Origin: a virus
Reading direction: 5' to 3' (one strand)
Virus record (IMG/VR): IMGVR_UViG_3300029708_000027
Coordinates: 1-33,749 of that record
Length of the DNA stretch: 33,749 nucleotides
Shown: positions 13,853 to 21,126 of the stretch, one piece after another
How the letters are laid out: the number at the start of each line of letters is the position of its first letter
How positions within the stretch are numbered: position 1 is the first letter of the stretch
The notes under the pieces: generated by a model
Database searches by the model: none
What the model was told of the DNA's origin: nothing
What the model saw: only the letters and a program-made list of their open reading frames with translations
Translations under genes and position numbers: made by a program

Positions 13853-15031
13853 TTATGAATTTAATTCCTCGAAGTCATCTATAGTTGGTCTTAATTCTTC
13901 CCTCTTATCGCTTTCGGGGACTAAAGTTGGCAGCCCTTGCGACTTGACTATCAGCCCGTCAAGTGTTGCGGCGAGCGGTTTCTTACCAACCAGGCGTTCG
14001 AGGTCTCCGATACCTTTCAACTTTCTGTTAGTTACGTCCTCGGTAGATAACCCGATGGCCTTTAGGCGTTCTATGGCTGTTTCCGTGTCGTTTATGACAC
14101 GTACCGAGCGACCCTTTACAAGCTTCCACCCCTTGACCTTTTCGCCCCGTGTGGCGGCTTGCATCGCGAATGTCTTAACCGATGCCAGCCAGTCGGTGAA
14201 CATATCGGACTCGCTTAATATATCGCCTATCTCGTCAAGCGTTAATGCCTTGGTGTCCCTGTAGGTCTCGAACTCGTTAACTAAAGCATCTTTCTGTGCC
14301 CTGCATTGTGCTTTGAACTTGCAGAACTTACAATGACTTCCTACTTTTGTTTCCCCTTGTCCTGCCCATGCCTTTTCAGCCGTCGGGCGAAGTACGTGTA
14401 TAGCCCAGTGGGTCAAGTCCCGTGCGGACATCTCGAATACCGAGTAATTGCCTAACCGTACTTGTGCGATGTGCATGCGTACCGTTTCAATCTTGGAACG
14501 GTGCACTGGCTCTAAGGAGTTAAGAACTCCAATAGCGTACATCATCAATTGGCTGTTTTTGTTTGCATCTACTTGTACTCCCTTACCGTATTTTAAATCT
14601 ATGATGTTTAGGACCGTATCGCCTACTATGTCACAGTCACAGCTACCGAAACACTCGGGAACGTATGTGGTTAGGTCGAACTTCCGTTCTATACTCATTT
14701 TAGCACCTTCCTCCAGTTCGTATATGTCACACACGTAGCAAACGTAATCTGTTACGTAGTGTTCCATTTCTGAACTATAATATTTGTTGTTACGTATCTC
14801 ATCGGGTACGGGCAATTCGTCCAATAACGGTAGGTATTCCCCGGCTAAATACTTTTCTATCGCGTGCTCTGCCAACTCGTGCGCTACCGTTCCCTCTTCC
14901 GATGCTGCGCTACTCGTGCTCTCATACGGTTCTTCCAACCGTGCAGACGGTGTGCAGTTAAGCCATCTATGCGAGCTGCTCGGAGAAAGTAGGGCGTGTG
15001 CCCTACTTGTGTGGTCTACTTGTACTTTCAT
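13853..15031 (-). CDS. DUF2800-type PD-(D/E)XK nuclease (Cas4/RecB-like, with a C-terminal Cys cluster)
   Basis: N-terminus HALLSPSSSHRWLNCTPS, nuclease core IIDLKYGKG, and cysteine cluster CKFCKFKAQC. Confidence 0.8.
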   Translation of the reverse strand: MKVQVDHTSRAHALLSPSSSHRWLNCTPSARLEEPYESTSSAASEEGTVAHELAEHAIEKYLAGEYLPLLDELPVPDEIRNNKYYSSEMEHYVTDYVCYVCDIYELEEGAKMSIERKFDLTTYVPECFGSCDCDIVGDTVLNIIDLKYGKGVQVDANKNSQLMMYAIGVLNSLEPVHRSKIETVRMHIAQVRLGNYSVFEMSARDLTHWAIHVLRPTAEKAWAGQGETKVGSHCKFCKFKAQCRAQKDALVNEFETYRDTKALTLDEIGDILSESDMFTDWLASVKTFAMQAATRGEKVKGWKLVKGRSVRVINDTETAIERLKAIGLSTEDVTNRKLKGIGDLERLVGKKPLAATLDGLIVKSQGLPTLVPESDKREELRPTIDDFEELNS

Positions 15032-15036
15032 TCTTT

Positions 15037-15651
15037 TTAATCGTTATAGGTTTCAATACGTTGTTTTAATAGCTCGTACTTCTCGGGCTTGATACGCATA
15101 AGAGACGCGCCGCCGAACTCCAACATGATATCCGTTAATTGCGGACGGGTGATTTTCCCAGATTTCATTAAGTCAATCATGAACGCCTGCATGTCCTTTG
15201 CCGTTAGAGGCTCGTTTGAGGCTTTCTCCGGGGCTTTCTCCTCTTCGGTGGGAGCTTGTACGGGTTCGGGTTCAATCGTCGCTTGTGGGGCTTCCTTTAC
15301 AGCCTTTGGCTTTACAGCCTTTGGCTTTGCTACCTTTTCGGGCTTCCCGACAGTTACGGGCTTTCCGAGTTCTTTTTTCACTTCCGCGATAGCTTCGGTA
15401 ATTGTTTCCTCTGCAATAGCTATCGCTGTGGCTTCGGGATTTGCTTCCTTCTTAAATTCTTGAACGGGTGCGGCGGTCTGTGTAGGTTCGCTAAACGTTG
15501 GTACACTTGTACTGTTTACGGGGCTTTCTGTAGGCGCTGCCATAGCCTTAAGGGGTGCACTACCAAATAGACGGCCCATGAGTTCATTTACAAACTCTAC
15601 TTCTTGTGCGTTTGTAACGTCAAAATCGATTGTTAACGGTGTAATCTTCAT
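15037..15651 (-). CDS. Hypothetical protein with a Pro/Ala/Lys/Glu-rich low-complexity linker
   Basis: 204 aa. Folded-looking N- and C-terminal parts are joined by about 100 aa of PAKE-rich sequence that includes KAVKPKAVKPKAV. Confidence 0.6.
   Translation of the reverse strand: MKITPLTIDFDVTNAQEVEFVNELMGRLFGSAPLKAMAAPTESPVNSTSVPTFSEPTQTAAPVQEFKKEANPEATAIAIAEETITEAIAEVKKELGKPVTVGKPEKVAKPKAVKPKAVKEAPQATIEPEPVQAPTEEEKAPEKASNEPLTAKDMQAFMIDLMKSGKITRPQLTDIMLEFGGASLMRIKPEKYELLKQRIETYND
15295..15329. repeat. 15-bp tandem repeat x2.3 (CTTTACAGCCTTTGG) inside CDS 15037..15651
   Basis: Units at 15295..15309 and 15310..15324, then a partial unit. Encodes the KAVKP repeats. Confidence 0.8.
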
Positions 15652-15683
15652 TTTCTTTTCTTTTTATATGGTGAATAACTAAT

Positions 15684-15908
15684 TTATGCTTCTTTGATTT
15701 GTTCGGCTTCCAAAATGGCTTGTGCAACCTTGGCTACCGTCTCGTTATAGAACTCGTCCCACTCGTCACAGTAGATATACATCTCCTCTACGTTTACCGG
15801 GTATTTTGTCCCTTCCATTGTAGAGACGTAATAAGGGGAGTATAAACCCTTCAAACGTCGGCATTTCCTGCACTGCGTCAATAACTTGGTATTTGTTCTT
15901 TCTCGCAC
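15684..15908 (-). CDS. Downstream frame of a split small gene (probably continuous with 15766..15960 after a 1-nt frame change)
   Basis: The C-terminal part YSPYYVSTMEGTKYPVNVEEMYIYCDEWDEFYNETVAKVAQAILEAEQIKEA looks protein-like. The track N-terminus starts at GTG and looks spurious. An internal ATG lies at 15818. Confidence 0.4.
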   Translation of the reverse strand: MRERTNTKLLTQCRKCRRLKGLYSPYYVSTMEGTKYPVNVEEMYIYCDEWDEFYNETVAKVAQAILEAEQIKEA

Positions 15909-15960
15909 TTGCCTGCAAATACTTTTTTACTTCGTCGATAATAAACTTTTGCTCTTTCAT
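15766..15960 (-). CDS. Upstream frame of a split small gene
   Basis: The ATG at 15960 sits exactly 26 nt downstream of a TATATTTG box. The N-terminus MKEQKFIIDEVKKYLQASARKNKYQVIDAVQEMPTFEGF looks protein-like, while the last ~25 aa look out of frame. Confidence 0.55.
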   Translation of the reverse strand: MKEQKFIIDEVKKYLQASARKNKYQVIDAVQEMPTFEGFILPLLRLYNGRDKIPGKRRGDVYLL

Positions 15961-15986
15961 AACTTTATCTTTTTAAATTGTTGATG

Positions 15987-16028
15987 CAAATATAACGCTT
16001 TTGCAAATACGTTGGTTCACTTGTTAAC
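15987..16028 (-). promoter_or_regulatory. Bacteroidota-type promoter, class II cassette, for 15766..15960
   Basis: Minus strand reads GTTAACAAGTGAACCAAC-N19-TATATTTG-N26-ATG, with the box at 15987..15994 and GTTAAC at 16023..16028. Confidence 0.6.
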
Positions 16029-16241
16029 CTTATTTAAGAAAATAGCTTCCATAAGGTTCTGCATGTGCCCGTATACCATACCGTTGTATTGGTATGCCTC
16101 AAATCTCCCGTTATGGCGTACCTCTGAAAAAGTATCGCTATACTCGTTGCCCGCCTCGTCTATAAATACTAATACGTGGCTCTTCATCTCGAACTGACCG
16201 GCGGTCAGCGTTTCTCTAAAAATTAAATCAATTGCTTTCAT
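16017..16241 (-). CDS. Hypothetical small protein
   Basis: 74-aa ORF preceded by GAACC-hairpin cassette copy 3. Confidence 0.6.
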   Translation of the reverse strand: MKAIDLIFRETLTAGQFEMKSHVLVFIDEAGNEYSDTFSEVRHNGRFEAYQYNGMVYGHMQNLMEAIFLNKVNK

Positions 16242-16278
16242 AATTTTACTCTTTAATCGGTTTATAATAGATAAACAA

Positions 16279-16304
16279 TAGCGGTTTTAAAAGGTTCACC
16301 GCTA
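16279..16304 (-). promoter_or_regulatory. GAACC-hairpin cassette, copy 3
   Basis: Arms TAGCGGT (16279..16285) and ACCGCTA (16298..16304) around the loop TTTAAAAGGTTC, which is identical to copy 1. The hairpin lies 10 nt after the stop of 16315..16587. Confidence 0.5.
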
Positions 16305-16314
16305 ACCTACTTTT

Positions 16315-16587
16315 TTATCCGAATCTTTTAAAGTCATTGACATAAACCAAATAATCTTTCTCGTAGAACTTCCATCCGCCATACAATCTGTCAAGATAAT
16401 TTTTAATCATCCTCATACAAGCGGCTTTCATATAGTTCTTTTTCTTGTTTCTTTCGAGAAAGGCGTTCAATTCTTCGTAATTGTAACCGTCTTCTTCATT
16501 AAACAACTTTGAATCATCGTTGCTAAAATTTCTGATTTCGTTTATCTTCTCGTAAATGCTGTTCTTAAGTTCTTCAAGTGATTTCAT
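16315..16587 (-). CDS. Hypothetical small protein (first gene of the early arc)
   Basis: 90-aa ORF and the first ORF downstream of the class I promoter at 16660..16705. The 87-nt leader contains the small hairpin GGAAAC/GTTTCC (16648..16663). Confidence 0.65.
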   Translation of the reverse strand: MKSLEELKNSIYEKINEIRNFSNDDSKLFNEEDGYNYEELNAFLERNKKKNYMKAACMRMIKNYLDRLYGGWKFYEKDYLVYVNDFKRFG

Positions 16588-16659
16588 AACTTTATCTTTT
16601 TAATCGTTTATTTCCAATTTAATGTCTTGGTGACCTCCTGCCATCCGGGAAACCCTTGT

Positions 16660-16705
16660 TTCCTTTTGACATTGCAAATATACGGCAAATATCAATAGGT
16701 TGTAT
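16660..16705 (-). promoter_or_regulatory. Bacteroidota-type promoter, class I cassette, opening the early arc
   Basis: Minus strand reads ATACAACCTATTGATATTTGCCG-TATATTTG-CAATGTCAAAAGGAA, with the box at 16675..16682. It is 42/46 identical to 6952..6997. Confidence 0.6.
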
Positions 16706-16796
16706 CTCTTTTTGTGCTAATAAACCTTAATCAAAAGTGAAAAGATGTAAAGAAGTAGCCGGTGTAAGCTAAAGTGCTGATTTCCAATGGCATAGA

Positions 16797-17030
16797 CTGC
16801 ACTGCACAGAAACACACCTAAATTCCTAAACTTTAATATAGGATATAGTGGTTTATACAGCTCGTTCTATAGTGGTAAATGCTATTTTCTCCAGGATAAT
16901 GTTTTACCCCCTTTTTACTGTGCATACTGTGCATTTACATATAATGTATTATAATATAGAGAGTTAGAGTGCACAAAAAACTGCACAGTAGCGATTTTTT
17001 ACTGTGCATCTGTGTCTAAAGAATGTTAAC
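16797..17030. repeat. Junction module, copy A (noncoding, homologous to 33311..33534)
   Basis: Alignable by eye along its whole length with copy B in the same orientation. Carries five TGCACAGTA-type sites, a hairpin, TTGTGC-17-TATAAT on the minus strand, and a conserved CCACTATATCCTATATTAAAGTTTA block. Confidence 0.85.
16982..17008 (-). terminator. Conserved hairpin plus T-run inside module A
   Basis: TGCACAGTA (16982..16990) and TACTGTGCA (17000..17008) form 9 bp around a 9-nt loop. On the minus strand the hairpin is followed by GTTTTTTG. Confidence 0.4.
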
Positions 17031-17033
17031 GAA

Positions 17034-17063
17034 AAATGGAGAACTGTTAACAGCCCTCCATTT
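17034..17063 (-). terminator. Stem-loop terminator closing the morphogenesis/lysis arc
   Basis: AAATGGAG (17034..17041) and CTCCATTT (17056..17063), with an inner CTG-TTAA-CAG mini-stem. It lies 5 nt after the stop at 17069 and is followed on the minus strand by TTCGTT (run CATTTTTCGTT). Confidence 0.55.
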
Positions 17064-17068
17064 CCTAA

Positions 17069-17647
17069 TTATTTTAGCTTTACCGCTATGTCTATATCTA
17101 TCTTTGATTTGGGGTTTTTGTTTGATATGTCGTGCTCTATAGCCTTGACCCCCCATCTGAAAAACAAGAATCTTTTCTTCCGGACTGTGATAACACCCGT
17201 TATCGTGTCCTTGCCTTGGTAGCTTAATTCCGTGCTATCCCGTTTAACCCGTGCTTGTATTGTATTCCATGCGTCCCGGTATTCGGCTATAAGCTCCCCG
17301 GCTACTGTATCGGTACGCACAACCTCCTTTATTACGGTCTTGGTAACGGTACGGGTTGCGGAAAGCGCGTCTTTCACCCGGACGTTAAGCGCATCCACCT
17401 CTTTATATAGTTCCGCGTTCATTTTCTTTAGCTCCTTGTGCGTCATCTCTAAGGCTTTACGCTTCACCGCCGCATCCCCGAGCTTTGTTTTGTACTCTAT
17501 CTGCACATCGTTCATCGCCTCAACGTTACGTTCTAAACGTCCTATTTCGGCTCTTTGCTTCCTTATGGTGTCTACCATTTTGGTGAACGCACCAAACAGC
17601 ACCATAAGGACTGCAAAGCCTATAATTATCTTTTGTAGTTTATTCAT
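17069..17647 (-). CDS. Membrane-anchored coiled-coil protein (spanin-like lysis accessory candidate)
   Basis: N-terminal helix IIIGFAVLMVLFGAF followed by a long charged coiled-coil region. It is the last gene of the lysis cluster. The start MNKLQK at 17647 gives an 8-nt overlap with the endolysin gene (the track start is 17659). Confidence 0.5.
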   Translation of the reverse strand: MNKLQKIIIGFAVLMVLFGAFTKMVDTIRKQRAEIGRLERNVEAMNDVQIEYKTKLGDAAVKRKALEMTHKELKKMNAELYKEVDALNVRVKDALSATRTVTKTVIKEVVRTDTVAGELIAEYRDAWNTIQARVKRDSTELSYQGKDTITGVITVRKKRFLFFRWGVKAIEHDISNKNPKSKIDIDIAVKLK

Positions 17648-18155
17648 AGCGTATCGCATTAATACGGTTCATCCAACCTTTACGGTATTTCTCGTTTTTG
17701 GGTCTCGCCTTGCAAATCTCATCGATGAACTTTGCCCTATCGTCTTTAATCATTTTAAAGAGCGTAGCCGCGTCCATAGCGTTAACGGCTGCAATGGTCT
17801 GCTTACCTACGATACCGTCCGCCTTGACACCCAAAAGACGCTGCGGGCGCTTTATACCGTGCGAGCCAGAAGCCCAAACCCAATCAACTAAGATATTTGC
17901 TATTGCTTGGCTTTTAATCTCGTCGGCTTTCCACCTATCCCAGTACAGAGACTTGAAAACGTCGTGCCATTCGGCATCGGATATGTTTTTCAAGTCTTCA
18001 ACGGTAGGGGCTTTTTGCCCCTTCCGCTTCTTGTATTCGGTGTATGTGCCTATAGTGATACCTTTGTTTGTTGCGCCCCCCAGGTCATCGGGGTCATTAA
18101 CAAAACCGCCCTCCCACTGTAGGATGAACGGTATTAATTTACTGCTGTTTGCCAT
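17640..18155 (-). CDS. Endolysin: GH108 lysozyme domain plus PG_binding_3-like C-terminus
   Basis: ILQWEGGFVNDPDDLGGATNKGIT is the GH108 signature (EGG...D..D.GG.T..GI). The C-terminus carries KYRKGWMNRI. Confidence 0.85.
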   Translation of the reverse strand: MANSSKLIPFILQWEGGFVNDPDDLGGATNKGITIGTYTEYKKRKGQKAPTVEDLKNISDAEWHDVFKSLYWDRWKADEIKSQAIANILVDWVWASGSHGIKRPQRLLGVKADGIVGKQTIAAVNAMDAATLFKMIKDDRAKFIDEICKARPKNEKYRKGWMNRINAIRYE

Positions 18156-18654
18156 CTTCTTTCTCCTTTTCTTCTAAGGGTATATCGAATTCGCCATCCT
18201 TAATTTTTTTCTTAAGTTGGAAATACTTGATATTCGCTATGCTGTTAAGCACCTTCACGAATTCATTTCCCGGCTGTACTACCCGTAGGTTTCTTGTTAT
18301 GCTACGCGCGTATATAATAAGGAATATACCCGTGAGCGCCTTAACTAAAAGCTGATAATCTATTCCCGGCTCTAACATATTGCAAGTAAGGGCCACAAAG
18401 AAAAGAATCACATTGGTTAGGAACAACTCCTTAACCGCCTGCATGGTCTTTTTATGCTTGTAGGGCTTTCCTTTTGCCCGGTCTGCCAAATAACCTACCA
18501 ACCAGTTCAACGCGGTAACTATGACCACTAAAAATATAAAATCCCGTATATCCGTAACTACTGCCAGAACGGTAACAGCAAAAAACGTGCGGAAATAGGT
18601 CTCTAGTTGTTCTATCACTTGATTAACCCTATACGGGTATTCAATACTATACAT
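18139..18654 (-). CDS. Putative holin (multi-pass membrane protein)
   Basis: 171 aa with about four hydrophobic helices (FFAVTVLAVV, FIFLVVIVTALNWLVGYL, LFLTNVILFFVALT, LTGIFLIIYA). Charged C-terminus. Lies immediately upstream of the endolysin gene and overlaps it. Confidence 0.55.
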   Translation of the reverse strand: MYSIEYPYRVNQVIEQLETYFRTFFAVTVLAVVTDIRDFIFLVVIVTALNWLVGYLADRAKGKPYKHKKTMQAVKELFLTNVILFFVALTCNMLEPGIDYQLLVKALTGIFLIIYARSITRNLRVVQPGNEFVKVLNSIANIKYFQLKKKIKDGEFDIPLEEKEKEDGKQQ

Positions 18655-19046
18655 GCCTTTATAAACCCGTCTGCCTTCATTTGGCTTATCAACGGCTCTA
18701 TAAAAAGGTCTGCCTTGCCCCGTTCGGCCTCAAACCTTTTAACCTTGCTTGTATCGGGAACGACTACCGAGCCCCCATAGGTCTGAATCTTCATACCCGT
18801 GCTCGTACTGTTTTGGTCTGCTATCTGCAAATAACGCGCAAACGCGTAGTAGCAAATAACCTTTTCAAGTCCTGCGAAGTTAGACCCGTCCGCGATATAT
18901 TTATCCGGTACGGCATCGTACATGCTGCCTATCTGCGGCAATATGTCGAGTAGGTCCGCCTCGAAGAACGCCTTTTCTATCTTGTTGCCTTTAACGTCTG
19001 TTGCTATCTCAAACAACTGACGGAACACTTCCACCGGGTATGCCAT
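18615..19046 (-). CDS. Hypothetical virion-associated protein (head-tail connector candidate)
   Basis: ORF directly after the portal gene. I favour the start MAYPVEVF at 19046 (the track start is 19088). No motif recognised. Confidence 0.45.
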   Translation of the reverse strand: MAYPVEVFRQLFEIATDVKGNKIEKAFFEADLLDILPQIGSMYDAVPDKYIADGSNFAGLEKVICYYAFARYLQIADQNSTSTGMKIQTYGGSVVVPDTSKVKRFEAERGKADLFIEPLISQMKADGFIKACIVLNTRIGLIK

Positions 19047-20166
19047 CTTCTTCAAATTTATTATTAATTTCTGTAACTGACGGGTCAACCCCGAACACTT
19101 GGTACAACTCGCGTGAAATACGTTGGCGTATCTTTTGCAAGCTATTGCGATAGACCTTTTGCAGCTCCTTTATAACCTCGCCCGAAGCGTTAGAATAGGT
19201 CATCAGAGAGCTATCAATAAGGGGTAACGGAATGTTATATGCCGCTATTGCGATATCCTTTCTAAGGGGCTCTACATATGCCTTGTAAAGCTCTCTATCT
19301 ATCGGGCTTCCCAACTGGTCTACCTTGATAAACGGTTTGTCCGTAGCTACGTTTTCATCTCTCACCGTAAGAACAGAGCCAGCGTTCTCGCTACCCATCA
19401 TATCGGCTAATGTATCTCTGAACTCTTGCTGTGCCTGCTCGGTCTCGAAATCACCGTGCGACACGATACTACACATGTGGAAACCCCTGCCCAAAGTACG
19501 GTTAACGTATTTGCCGTTCTTGTCCTCCGCGCCCATCTCGTTACGTACCGAATGGAACGTGCTAAGGGGGTACGGGCGCGTTGTACCAAGGTTCACGTAT
19601 AGTAGTTGCCCTTTATGGTTCTCGATACCTCCGCACTCCTCAACTTCTGATGCGAAGTTATCCGGGTCAAAGGTAGGATATACCGTGGAGTTCTGCGCGC
19701 TGCTCGTTGCCTTGACGTTCTGCCTGTCCCAATTATTGAAAACGCGCCATCTCTTTATGGCCGGGTCTTTCAAATAATTATCGTTCATCTCGGCACGGAC
19801 ATACTCAAATGGAACGTTGTACACGTTTCGGGGCTTGTAGCCTTCGGGCGTCAGCCCGTACTGTACTATCCAAGCCCAGCCCCTAAAACGTGCGACATCG
19901 TTTGCCGTAGCCTCTAAAACATCGTCCATGTTACAGCCGTTCCCGTTTGTTATCGCCGCGAAATCTTCGTTTTTGAAGCCCTCACAAATAATGTTCTCGG
20001 TCATTTTTTCAACTGCTGCCGTAGCTGTCTTTGAAGCGTATATAAGTTCTGCTATCTCCTGCGGATATAAGTTGCCGTCACCGTAGTTAATAATCTTATC
20101 GCCCGTATTAGCGGACAACTTAAGCGCCTTTTCGACAACAAGCGCGAAACGTCTGTAACCTATCAT
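19009..20166 (-). CDS. Portal protein
   Basis: 385 aa. Portal-like strings YPQEIAELIYASKTATAAVEKMTENIICEGF and MMGSENAGSVLTV (G..NAG motif). Confidence 0.7.
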   Translation of the reverse strand: MIGYRRFALVVEKALKLSANTGDKIINYGDGNLYPQEIAELIYASKTATAAVEKMTENIICEGFKNEDFAAITNGNGCNMDDVLEATANDVARFRGWAWIVQYGLTPEGYKPRNVYNVPFEYVRAEMNDNYLKDPAIKRWRVFNNWDRQNVKATSSAQNSTVYPTFDPDNFASEVEECGGIENHKGQLLYVNLGTTRPYPLSTFHSVRNEMGAEDKNGKYVNRTLGRGFHMCSIVSHGDFETEQAQQEFRDTLADMMGSENAGSVLTVRDENVATDKPFIKVDQLGSPIDRELYKAYVEPLRKDIAIAAYNIPLPLIDSSLMTYSNASGEVIKELQKVYRNSLQKIRQRISRELYQVFGVDPSVTEINNKFEEDGIPGGSVPSVV

Positions 20167-20168
20167 TT

Positions 20169-20525
20169 TTAAACCTCCTCTTTATTGATTTCTACGAAGC
20201 ATTCCGCATAAGCCGGGTTTTCAGTCATGAGGCGTTCCGCGATTTCGTCAGTCATGTTTGCACTCTTATACACAACACCATCGACGTAATGCACGATACG
20301 CGCCCCGGGCTTCATTGCCCATCTGTAAACCACCTTAGTTAAATACTTCGTTTCATACCACAAAGATAAATATTCCATATCCATGTGGCAATTAGGGTCA
20401 AGTTTTAGACCTGTCATTGCGAAATACGCGTCTAATTTTTCCTGTAATGTTGCAACCTTCGGTTCAACAACAACGGGTGCAGTGCTTTCGCCCTGCCCCG
20501 TAGTATTTGTTTTTTCTTCTGCCAT
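20169..20525 (-). CDS. Hypothetical protein
   Basis: 118-aa ORF tightly packed between paralog 3 and the portal gene. Confidence 0.6.
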   Translation of the reverse strand: MAEEKTNTTGQGESTAPVVVEPKVATLQEKLDAYFAMTGLKLDPNCHMDMEYLSLWYETKYLTKVVYRWAMKPGARIVHYVDGVVYKSANMTDEIAERLMTENPAYAECFVEINKEEV

Positions 20526-20540
20526 TTTCTTTTTGATTTA

Positions 20541-21095
20541 TTATGTTTCTGCTGGTGTGGATAACGCGTCATAATCTGCCCTTGACAAGTTGTGAATCGT
20601 TGTCCCTACCTGCCAATCCTCGACGCCATAGGTGTATGTTATATATTCGTTTGCGCTTGAATCGCCCGATATCTCGGTACAAACCAATGGGGCGCCCAAA
20701 CCATAAACGCGTACTATGTCACCGTGGTCTACTGCAATAACGAGTTCTGCGCGCGATAACGCGCCTACAGAACCCATAGGCGTAAAAGCACTTGCTAACG
20801 CGTACTCCCCGGAAAACGTTTTGAACGTAATTGATACGTCGTAAGCCCCGGGCATAATGTCCTGCGACTTCAAACCGACTGTCACAACCAAAGCGTTGTT
20901 AGCCGCCGTAATGTCCCAGCCTGCCGATGTGGGAACCCTTGTAATGGTTGCCTCTCCCGTGGTGGAGGATATTGTAAAACTTGATATATCCGAAGCGTTT
21001 AAAAGCTTTGCCGATACTGGTCTACCTAAGTCTGCCCGTGCAGGCGCGCCGCAAGGCATAGCTAAAGATGCACCTATTTTTCCTATACATGCCAT
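20541..21095 (-). CDS. Structural paralog 3 of 3 (184 aa)
   Basis: N-terminus MACIGKIGASLAMPC with the Cys3/Cys15 pair shared with paralog 2. The C-terminal ADYDAL string is also shared with paralog 2. Confidence 0.7.
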   Translation of the reverse strand: MACIGKIGASLAMPCGAPARADLGRPVSAKLLNASDISSFTISSTTGEATITRVPTSAGWDITAANNALVVTVGLKSQDIMPGAYDVSITFKTFSGEYALASAFTPMGSVGALSRAELVIAVDHGDIVRVYGLGAPLVCTEISGDSSANEYITYTYGVEDWQVGTTIHNLSRADYDALSTPAET

Positions 21096-21126
21096 ATTAT
21101 TTTTTCCTTTCCTTTTTAGTTAATTA

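Noticed and set aside
17232-17891. Long plus-strand ORFs such as 17232..17891 (219 aa), 25638..26252 (204 aa), 8845..9426 (193 aa), 22466..23017 (183 aa) and 26292..26786 (164 aa).
   Set aside because: All lie antisense to well-supported minus-strand genes that have recognisable motifs. Their translations are Ser/Leu/Cys-rich shadow-frame sequence. None has a promoter box or leader of the type seen on the minus strand.
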